A DNA stretch of 44,269 nt, taken from assembly GCA_000004985.1 (NCBI GenBank), contig GG738942.1. The stretch is one strand, 5' to 3'. The translations under genes were made by a program, and so were the position numbers. The stretch comes from Naegleria gruberi. Its lineage: Eukaryota. Under the pieces are notes generated by a model. It was given only the letters and a program-made list of their open reading frames with translations. It was not told the DNA's origin and did not search any database. Below, piece after piece: positions 8,750 to 16,114 of the stretch; positions within the stretch are counted from its first letter, which is position 1; each line of letters begins with the position of its first letter.

Positions 8750-10999
8750 ATGAAACGAAAAGCAGGATTGCAACAGCTTCAGTCTGTTTCTAAGAGATTG
8801 GCCATTAATGGTAAATATTCAACTACTCACAACAAAGTTACTTCATTCGAAACTTCTGTTATTGGAAACAGGGAGCATAATGTTGAAAGTGATTTTATTC
8901 AAAAGGTGTATGATTGCATTGATATTGGAAATGGCGATTTTCATGTCAACTCCGATAGCAATATAGATAATACCTCCCTTAATGAACCCAATGAATCATC
9001 ATTTCAAAGAAATATATTTAGTGAGGAAGAGTATCAATTTTTAAGAGATTATTATCAAGATAATGATTGTTGTTCTAGAAAAGATGAAGATATTTTAAGC
9101 AACCACTCATTTACAAGTATTGAAAAGGTTGTTAACAATACGAAACTAGATGAATTGATGAAAAAACTATTAAGATTTGCAGTAAAAGCAAAGCTTACTG
9201 AGACATGTTTATCACAAGCCTTAGAATTATTCAAGGAATCATTTTCATCGTTTGGTATGATTTCAAGTTCAGATTTAGAACACTTTACCTTAAAAGGTTT
9301 CTATCAATATTTTTATATTAATCAAAAAACAAGACTCATACGATATTGTATGAAATGTAAAGAATATGAGAAAAATCAAAGTACATCCGCTTGTAGTTGT
9401 GGTAAGAAATGGAAAGAGTTACCAACCTATTGTTATTTAAGACCTCTAAAGTTCCAAATGGATGAGAGATTATTCTGGAATCCCTCTTTCAGAAATCAAT
9501 TTCAACAAGATATCAAAGAGATCAATGATAAAGATATTATTTCAGATCGTGTTCATGGATCAGTATATCAGAAATATCACCGTAAGGAATATGATGATGG
9601 TAAAACTGATTGCATAACCTTCTTTGGAGATTCTGTAAGCCCTTTTGGAACCAACACACATTCTTTCTATCAAGTTTCGTTCAATTTTACAGAAATGAAA
9701 CCCCATTATAGAAAAAAACAATCCAACAACTTTTTATGGTTTATGGTACCCAGAAAACCCGATCATGAAGAGATTAAGTTATTTTTGAAAATACTAATGG
9801 ATGATTTGAATCATTTTAATTCATTATCCAATCGGAAAATTCGCCTTGAAAGAATTGTATGTGATCTTCCAGCAAGATCTGAAATACTATTTTTCAAACA
9901 ATCTGGAGAGTATTTTTGTCATCTTTGTTTGATTAAGGGTGAAAGTGTAGAAATCAATACAACTAAGCAAACAAGGTATCCTTTATCAGTAGACCCACTT
10001 ACTGACCACTTTACACCACCTGCATACAGAACAAATGGGTATTGGAAAAAACAAAAATCTGATAATTTGGATCAAGGTATGAAATCAAAATCTCCAATTT
10101 TAAATCAAGATTGGAAGCCAACTCCCTCTCTAATATGTTGCTATGATTCTATGCATGTATTGTATGAAGGAATATTGCAGGATATGATGGCCATGATTCC
10201 AGTTTCTTATTGGGAGAAATTCGATCTCCTCTTCCTTAAACAAAAATATCCTTCATTTCTTCACAAACATCCTAGAAAAACAACTAATGGACAAACAATG
10301 AATAGTTTGAAAGCCATTGAAGTATATATGATAACTCATTATTATTTGGAATTATTTACTTGTATAGAAAATTATCAAGCAATTGAAAGAGAAGTTAATC
10401 TTATTCGCAGATTTGTTAATATCATAGATTCATTGACAGATTCATTCATATCTTCTGAATTGGATTCTATTGAACTTGAGCTTCTGCAGGTGTTAAAGGA
10501 TTATCAAGATATTGTCTCCGTAAAGAAGGCAACTCCAAATTTTCATATTTGCACTGAACTTGTTACATGCTGTAGATTATACGGCCCTTTGGCAATGAAT
10601 TCTGCCTTTATTGGAGAAGGACTTAATTTCACTCTTTCAAAAACATACGTCTGTTCCAATTCAGCAAGATATTCCATTATGTATTTTGATATGTGTCAAT
10701 TATGTGATCTTCTTGATCTGAATGAACACTTAAATTCAGGACAATGTGTTGTTGGCCACTATGTAGTGAGTAAGAAACGAGATGTTTTGATGGATACAAA
10801 AACAAAGAAGGTTTATCAGGTAGCGTCCTTTTCCGATGACTATAATTCTATACAGCTTGCAGCTATTGATGATCCAGAACGAATCATTGAGATATCAAGG
10901 AAAAAAGCATTTAAAATGCTTCCGTGTGTTGTTCTTGACTTTCCAAATAGGCCTAAAAAGTATATTCCAGTTCATTACAACACATATCAATACATTTAA
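8750..10999 (+). CDS. CACTA/EnSpm-superfamily transposase (TNP2 / Transposase_21-like, related to Plavaka/KDZ), intact 749-aa ORF. Either a mobile-element gene or a domesticated copy.
   Basis: Family-diagnostic blocks read from the translation. (1) N-terminal Cys-rich block YCMKCKEYEKNQSTSACSCGKKW...YCYLRPLKFQMDERLFWNPSFRNQ, which fits the transposase-associated pattern CP.C...C..C...R..P..PRLqrlF. (2) FFGDSVSPFGTNTHSFYQVSFNFTEMKPHYRKKQSNNFLWFMVPRKPDHEEIKLFLKILMDDLNHF, which fits TNP2 DG.NPF...HS.WPV...NLPP..R.K...i.L..liPGpk.P....d.YL.PLvdEL..LW. (3) DLPARSEILFFKQSGEYFCHLC, which fits DfPAygnlsGws.kG..aCp.C. (4) YDSMHVLYEGILQDMMAMIPVSYW, which fits d.MH...lnv...l...W. There are no internal stops. 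No CACTA-type TIRs were found flanking the ORF. Confidence 0.75.
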   Translation: MKRKAGLQQLQSVSKRLAINGKYSTTHNKVTSFETSVIGNREHNVESDFIQKVYDCIDIGNGDFHVNSDSNIDNTSLNEPNESSFQRNIFSEEEYQFLRDYYQDNDCCSRKDEDILSNHSFTSIEKVVNNTKLDELMKKLLRFAVKAKLTETCLSQALELFKESFSSFGMISSSDLEHFTLKGFYQYFYINQKTRLIRYCMKCKEYEKNQSTSACSCGKKWKELPTYCYLRPLKFQMDERLFWNPSFRNQFQQDIKEINDKDIISDRVHGSVYQKYHRKEYDDGKTDCITFFGDSVSPFGTNTHSFYQVSFNFTEMKPHYRKKQSNNFLWFMVPRKPDHEEIKLFLKILMDDLNHFNSLSNRKIRLERIVCDLPARSEILFFKQSGEYFCHLCLIKGESVEINTTKQTRYPLSVDPLTDHFTPPAYRTNGYWKKQKSDNLDQGMKSKSPILNQDWKPTPSLICCYDSMHVLYEGILQDMMAMIPVSYWEKFDLLFLKQKYPSFLHKHPRKTTNGQTMNSLKAIEVYMITHYYLELFTCIENYQAIEREVNLIRRFVNIIDSLTDSFISSELDSIELELLQVLKDYQDIVSVKKATPNFHICTELVTCCRLYGPLAMNSAFIGEGLNFTLSKTYVCSNSARYSIMYFDMCQLCDLLDLNEHLNSGQCVVGHYVVSKKRDVLMDTKTKKVYQVASFSDDYNSIQLAAIDDPERIIEISRKKAFKMLPCVVLDFPNRPKKYIPVHYNTYQYI

Positions 11000-11224
11000 T
11001 ACAGAGTTTATTAATTTCTTGACTATGCGAAATTTCACATTGTTTGAAAAAATTTACAAGTCAGAACATTTTGTTGGGCATTTCGCTCGGAGCGCAAAAA
11101 TCCATTAACAAAAAATCGTTAAAAGTCAAGCCAGCATTTGCGAAAAGGGTTTAGCGGGTATGTTAAAATAAATAAAACAAGCCAGAAACAAAATGACTCA
11201 ACATAAATCCCAAACTGGTCGCCA

Positions 11225-11327
11225 AAATAACTCCCAAACAAGTAGCCAAATTAAATATCAAAATAACTCCCAAACAAGTAGTCAAATTAAATCTCAAAAT
11301 AACCCCCCTAGTAGTCAAACCCCACAA
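11225..11327. repeat. 36-bp tandem repeat, about 2.8 copies, abutting an N run
   Basis: aaataactcccaaacaagtagccaaattaaatatca / aaataactcccaaacaagtagtcaaattaaatctca / aaataacccccctagtagtcaaacccc... Confidence 0.6.
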
Positions 11328-11377
11328 NNNNNNNNNNNNNNNNNNNNNNNNNNNNNNNNNNNNNNNNNNNNNNNNNN
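11328..11377. other. N run (50 nt), a gap of unknown true size. It must hide about 80 codons of the carbonic anhydrase C-terminus.
   Basis: The beta-CA frame ends ...[18 protein letters not shown] at the N run. The expected C-terminal helices are absent on the far side. Confidence 0.9.
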
Positions 11378-12537
11378 GCATCAACTTCTGCCTTGTGGAG
11401 ACGATAAACATCCTTAATATTTCTCAACCAGTGGTCAATTAAACCCAAATGCTTATTTGTCAAAGCAGCCATAACACCACCACAACGAGTGTGGCCCATA
11501 ACAATGACGTGTTTAACTTGCAAAACTTCAACAGCATATTGTAAAACTGACATGGCATTAACATCAGTATTGACAACCAAGTTGGCAACATTTCTGTGAA
11601 TGAAAATTTGACCTGGTTGGGTCTTGGTCAATTGATCAGGAGGTACACGACTATCACTGCAACCAATTAACATGTAATCTGGTTTTTGAACATCCTTGAT
11701 TCTATTGAAAAAGTCAGGATCAGAACCCAACTTGTCTGAAACAAATTCCTTATTGTTATTCAACAACTTTTCATAACTTTGTTGAGCAACAAGTTCTTCT
11801 TCAGTGAATTCTTCTTCGAATTGAATAGGTACATTAATACCAGCTGGTTTCTTTTGTAATAAACCTTCAATGGTGTAAGAAACATTAGGATCTGATGGTT
11901 CTGGACGAGAGAGATTTTGATTATTAGCAGCACTAAGTTGACTATAATCAATTTGATGGGAACAACCTGCTTCACCCAATGATGAAGTAGATGATTTCTT
12001 CTTAATACTAATACCAGAGACTTTCTTCTTTGTGTTATGAGAGGATCCCGAATTGAATTCTGATTCATCACCAGAAAGAGTATTTGGTGATACATCATTA
12101 ACAGTCAAGTGTTGTGCTTGTTGATGATTTCCACCACAACATTGGCCATTATGTTCGTGATGATGTTGTTCTTGTTGTTGATCTGCAGAAGAAGACATGA
12201 TTGTAGTTATAATTGTATGATGGCAAGAATCTTCGGAAGATGTTGTTTGCAAACGAGTGGAAGCTCCTCTTGGAAAGTGTGTTGTTGTCGAGTAGTTGTA
12301 GTAATACTTGTTATTGCTGTTATTGATAATATTGTTTATCAATACTGATGATAATGTTGTGGATGTTTGATTTTTCTTATTGTTTAAAAGAATCGGAAGC
12401 CTATTTTGAATAGTCAAGATATTTCTCTTGCTACCAACAGCAGCAGCAGAACTAACAACATTGGTGCGTGTTGTGTTTGATGTTGTTGAAGCAAGCAAGG
12501 AAGAAAAAGAAGCGCGGGATTGTTTGAAATTTTTCAT
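11378..12537 (-). CDS. Beta-class carbonic anhydrase (Nce103-like) with a ~300-aa S/T/N/Q-rich low-complexity N-terminal extension; 3' end truncated by the gap
   Basis: Catalytic signatures ...[19 protein letters not shown]...[11 protein letters not shown]...[18 protein letters not shown]...[13 protein letters not shown] (CxDSR and HxxCGG zinc ligands of beta-CAs). The start is placed at ATG 12537 ([50 protein letters not shown], presequence-like). The track ORF runs further upstream to 12822 but only via a non-ATG start. The extension contains a [25 protein letters not shown] cluster. Confidence 0.8.
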
Positions 12538-12929
12538 GCTATGTAATATTGTGCGAATAAATTGAAAGTTGTTGTTATAGCTTGTAATCTTGAGGTCGTC
12601 TGCAATTGACTTGATTTTTTTGAATTGAATTTCGAAATTAGAGGAATAAGGAGTGAGAATGTTGTGTTGGTATTTAAGAAGATTAAATTGACATTCTAAT
12701 AAATGGCGTAAGGTAATGCGTAAGGTATGGACATGCTGCAATTGAAGTGAAGATTCACTTGGAAAAAAAATAAAGTACGGAAAGAATGCAAATGCGGACC
12801 AAGGAATCCGTAGTGTGAACAAATATAAAAGGGTTGGAGTATTTTATTTGGAACAAGCGCAGGATCATTACTGTAAAATGAGATATTGGGCAGGTATGAA
12901 AAATGGTGAATTGAACAATCAGATGCTGT

Positions 12930-13595
12930 TTATTGTTGGGCATAGCAATTGGATGCCTTTGCAATTTGCAATAATTTTTCAATAGTATTGGATGAATTGA
13001 CCAATTCATTGTAAGCAATATCACCAACTTGTTGATTAATATCACCTTCAGAAATGGCCAACAAGTTAACAATCTTTGCCATTGCCATTCTATGAATCAA
13101 GACAAATATAAAATCACATGGACCTCTCAAATTATCAACTGTAGCAGCTCTCAATGAACAATCATCACCATAGGTAAGATTTTGAATGTCAGGTAATTGT
13201 TGCAATTGCAAAGATGAGAATAATCCAGAAAGTTGTTGTTCCATTTGAGTCATGTTTGCATTCAATTCTTGTAAAAGTGAAACTAATTGAGAATTGGAGG
13301 AATATTTGGAAATGGCTGATTGAGTGAGTGAGGCACCTTGTTTTTGGGAAGCTAGCATGATATTGAGCCAAAGAGCTGTAACATTGGCAGTGTCACTTTC
13401 AAGATAGGCTTGAAGAATTATTTCTGCTGGAAAGACTACTGACATGCTGGTGCTGCAATTCAATGGAAGTTTGATATCATTGGATTGATTGGAAGAGGTT
13501 GAGCTTGTTTGATCAGTACCTTGTTGTTGTTGTTGTTGGCAGGAAACAAGGATGGCTCCAAGAAGGAGACATGTTGCAATGAGAATTATTTTCAT
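12930..13595 (-). CDS. Secreted four-cysteine glycoprotein, paralog 1 (about 221 aa from the ATG); family not recognised
   Basis: Signal peptide MKIILIATCLLLGAILVSC, then a Q/S/T-rich linker. Conserved core shared with the adjacent gene: KLPLNCSTSMSVVFP.E..LQ, N-glycosylation sequons (NCS, NVT, NMT), GDDCSLRAATVDNLRGPCDFIFVLIHRMAMAK and IAYNEL. Start taken at the ATG (M9 of the track ORF, which begins at a TTG). Confidence 0.65.
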   Translation of the reverse strand: MKIILIATCLLLGAILVSCQQQQQQGTDQTSSTSSNQSNDIKLPLNCSTSMSVVFPAEIILQAYLESDTANVTALWLNIMLASQKQGASLTQSAISKYSSNSQLVSLLQELNANMTQMEQQLSGLFSSLQLQQLPDIQNLTYGDDCSLRAATVDNLRGPCDFIFVLIHRMAMAKIVNLLAISEGDINQQVGDIAYNELVNSSNTIEKLLQIAKASNCYAQQ

Positions 13596-13727
13596 TTTCT
13601 TGTGTGTTTCGAATAGCAAGTCAAAGTTTGAGAATTTATTTGGATTTCAAACCATACTCAAAATGAACAATGTGCAAAAACACCAAGTTTCAAAATAGAA
13701 AATACCATAAATAATGTTAAAAAAGAG

Positions 13728-14441
13728 TTACAATTGGAACTTTATATTCGAAACTCCTTGTTTCTCCTTACAAAACTTCTTACAAAGTTTGATAACATTG
13801 TAAACTTTTGGATAACTGCAAAAGTGTACCAATTGTCTTGAAGAAATAATCAATTCATTGTAAGCAATAGAAACAACTCTTTGGTCAACTCCGTTCAATG
13901 CCATAACCATAAGATTCATGGTTTTGGTCATGGACATACGATGAATTGAAATGAAGAGAAAATCGCATGGACCTCGAATGGAATCTAATGGAACTGCCCT
14001 TAGAGAACAATCATTTCCATAGACTAGTGCTTGCATTTCATTCATTGTAGGTAAATTAAGAGTGGTAAGTAATTCTTCTAGTTTAATTTTGGTTTCGGTT
14101 GCATTATTTTTCATTTCTTGCATTAAGGAGAGGAATTCTTGATTCGAATTTTGAGAGTTTAATCCAAATTCTGCCAATTCGATTCCTTCCCTTTTCGAGG
14201 CGATCATGAAATTTATCCAAAGAGAAGTAAAGTTGCTATTCGAATGTTTTTCATGTAAGAAAGATTGCAATAACAATTCAGTTGGAAACACAACTGACAT
14301 GCTAGTACTACAATTCAATGGAAGTTTTACATCTTCAACTTTCGAATAATTCTCAAAGTTTGAAGTGTTTCCAGAAACCTTTCGAATAGTTACAAATAAA
14401 CAGAACAAACCAACAATGAAGGGAATGAATACTCGTTGCAT
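13728..14441 (-). CDS. Secreted four-cysteine glycoprotein, paralog 2 (237 aa); tandem duplicate of 12930-13595
   Basis: MQRVFIPFIVGLFCLFVTIRKVSG signal-anchor-like N-terminus; VKLPLNCSTSMSVVFPTELLLQ ... GNDCSLRAVPLDSIRGPCDFLFISIHRMSMTK ... IAYNEL. About 35-40% identity to paralog 1 with conserved Cys spacing; same strand, 108 bp apart. Confidence 0.65.
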   Translation of the reverse strand: MQRVFIPFIVGLFCLFVTIRKVSGNTSNFENYSKVEDVKLPLNCSTSMSVVFPTELLLQSFLHEKHSNSNFTSLWINFMIASKREGIELAEFGLNSQNSNQEFLSLMQEMKNNATETKIKLEELLTTLNLPTMNEMQALVYGNDCSLRAVPLDSIRGPCDFLFISIHRMSMTKTMNLMVMALNGVDQRVVSIAYNELIISSRQLVHFCSYPKVYNVIKLCKKFCKEKQGVSNIKFQL

Positions 14442-14695
14442 TTTCTTGTAAAATAGAAATTCATCTTCTCATAGAATTAAGTTTTCAGATGATGAATATG
14501 TTCAATTATCAATTTTTATCAATTTACTAAATTGATAATTTTTCACTTACAGATCTTGTGAAAAGTTGTTTGAGAAAGATGGGTGAAGATTTTGCTCAAA
14601 TCAAAAACCGTAGTGTGAAAAAACCAATTCACTTGTCATCAAGTAAAATTCCTGTCATACTTCAACGTCAAAAATCAACAAAAAAAATACACCAA

Positions 14696-14776
14696 ATGTC
14701 TCACTACACCAACAAAAGCCAAGCAACCGTTCATGATAAGAATGGTTTACCAGTCTACGGTTTAGACAAGGAATTA
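14696..14776 (+). CDS. Calponin/transgelin (Scp1-like) actin-binding protein, exon 1
   Basis: ATG in an A-rich context (caaaATGtc). Exon ends ...GLPVYGLDKEL, followed by GTAAGT at 14777. Intron 14777-14821 (45 nt: gtaagtttctttctcttcccaacctaaactaaaactatacgaaag, with a branch-like ctaaac). Confidence 0.7.
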
Positions 14777-14821
14777 GTAAGTTTCTTTCTCTTCCCAACC
14801 TAAACTAAAACTATACGAAAG

Positions 14822-15673
14822 GCCAAAAAACAAGCAGGAAAACACGATCCACAGAAAGAAAAAGAAGTCAGACAATGGATCGAAGCAGTCACTGGCACCA
14901 AATTCTCCTCCAACGACTTTCAAGAATCACTCAAAGATGGCGTTTTATTGTGTAAACTTGCCAACAAGATTAAACCAGGAATTGTGAAAACCATCAACTC
15001 TGGTAAGATGCCATTCATGTGTATGGAGAATATTGGTTATTTCTTGAAGGCAGCTGCAGAATTAGGTTTAGATACTCATAACACATTTATGAGTGTTGAT
15101 TTATATGAGGGAAAAAACATTCCACTCGTAATTATGGCCTTATATAGTTTTGGATCAGTTGTTCAGAAGAGAGTTGGATATAATTTACCTACTTTGGGAT
15201 TGAAGATTTCTGATAAGAAGGAAATTGAATTTACTGAAAGACAATTGAGACAAGCAAATGCTGAAGTTGGTCAACAATTTGGAGCTGCTTCAGTTAAACA
15301 TGATACTGGAAGATCAATCTCAAAGGAGGTTGTTAAAGTGAATAACACTGGTGATTCAAGAGTTTTCTCACAACAAACAGGAGGATCTGTCAAACACGAC
15401 ACTGGTCGTTCCATTTCACATGAAGTTGTAAAGGTAAATAATACTGGAGATTCTAGAGTCTTCTCTCAACAAACTGGTGGGTCAATCAAGCACGACACTG
15501 GTCGTTCCATCTCGAATGAAGTTGTTAAAATCAAACCATCAACTTCAACATCAAGCAAATCAAGTTCTGGATCAAATTTGGATGAATTGGAAAAGCTTGG
15601 TAATTTAAGAGACAAGGGAATTATCACTGAAAGAGAATTCCAACTCAAGAAGAAACAACTTTTAGGATTGTAA
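14822..15673 (+). CDS. Calponin/transgelin (Scp1-like) protein, exon 2: CH domain, three calponin-like repeats and a SHOCT-like C-terminal motif
   Basis: The spliced product reads ...DKEL|AKKQAGKHDPQKEKEVRQWIEAVTGTKFSSNDFQESLKDGVLLCKLANKIKPGIVKTINSGKMPFMCMENIGYFLKAAAELGLDTHNTFMSVDLYEGKNIPLVIMALYSF... This is the classic transgelin/calponin N-terminus and CH domain (WIE..G..F...LKDGvvLCkL.N). Then come 3 x VKHDTGRSISxEVVKVNNTGDSRVFSQQTGGS, and the protein ends SNLDELEKLGNLRDKGIITEREFQLKKKQLLGL. Confidence 0.8.
   Translation, partial: AKKQAGKHDPQKEKEVRQWIEAVTGTKFSSNDFQESLKDGVLLCKLANKIKPGIVKTINSGKMPFMCMENIGYFLKAAAELGLDTHNTFMSVDLYEGKNIPLVIMALYSFGSVVQKRVGYNLPTLGLKISDKKEIEFTERQLRQANAEVGQQFGAASVKHDTGRSISKEVVKVNNTGDSRVFSQQTGGSVKHDTGRSISHEVVKVNNTGDSRVFSQQTGGSIKHDTGRSISNEVVKIKPSTSTSSKSSSGSNLDELEKLGNLRDKGIITEREFQLKKKQLLGL
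15293..15545 (+). repeat. In-frame 96-bp tandem repeat, about 2.6 copies, encoding calponin-like (CLIK) repeats
   Basis: Units start at 15293, 15389 and 15485 and encode VKHDTGRSIS(K/H/N)EVVKVNNTGDSRVFSQQTGGS. Confidence 0.75.
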
Positions 15674-16114
15674 TTTTACAAATCTCAAAATTTTTCTAAC
15701 TGTGTGAAAACTATAAATTGTATATTATTCTAAATATTGGATTTGCTCATAAAATTTTTAATCAATTCAATCATGGATAGCATTCATCTCATCTTCCCAA
15801 AGTTGAGATTCTAATCGTGAAGAATTGTTCCATGGAAATGGTACAAGTTCACAAAATTAATTCACAATTGTTTTGAAGCAAATCAAACAGGTTTCCATTG
15901 TAACTTGCAGATAGATTGTTAGAGTTTGGAATCCAATACATTACAAGCAACAATACACAAACTCAAAAATCTCCAAAACAATTTTGTTTGTGCGTTCCAA
16001 ACGTGCCAAAAATAATTCAAAAATATTTGCTCCTCTGCTAGAAAGGCGATACAAAAAAACAGCACAACACCTCCTACTAACATGAGTCTATTCTTTGATG
16101 CTTCCTTCTTCGAT

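Noticed and set aside
11225-11327. Direct repeats (36-bp x2.8, 126-bp x2) considered as CRISPR-like arrays
   Set aside because: This is a eukaryotic locus with introns and Pol III genes. The repeats are simple tandem duplications with no unique spacers and no cas genes. No prokaryotic defence system is present in the readable sequence.
13556-13566. One-base disagreement between my reading of the printed sequence (ctccaaagaagg) and the ORF track, which implies ctccaagaagg and encodes ...CLLLGAILVSC
   Set aside because: I followed the provided ORF track for the paralog-1 gene model (ATG at 13595). If the printed extra A is real, the gene carries a frameshift near the signal peptide. This could not be resolved without the raw reads.
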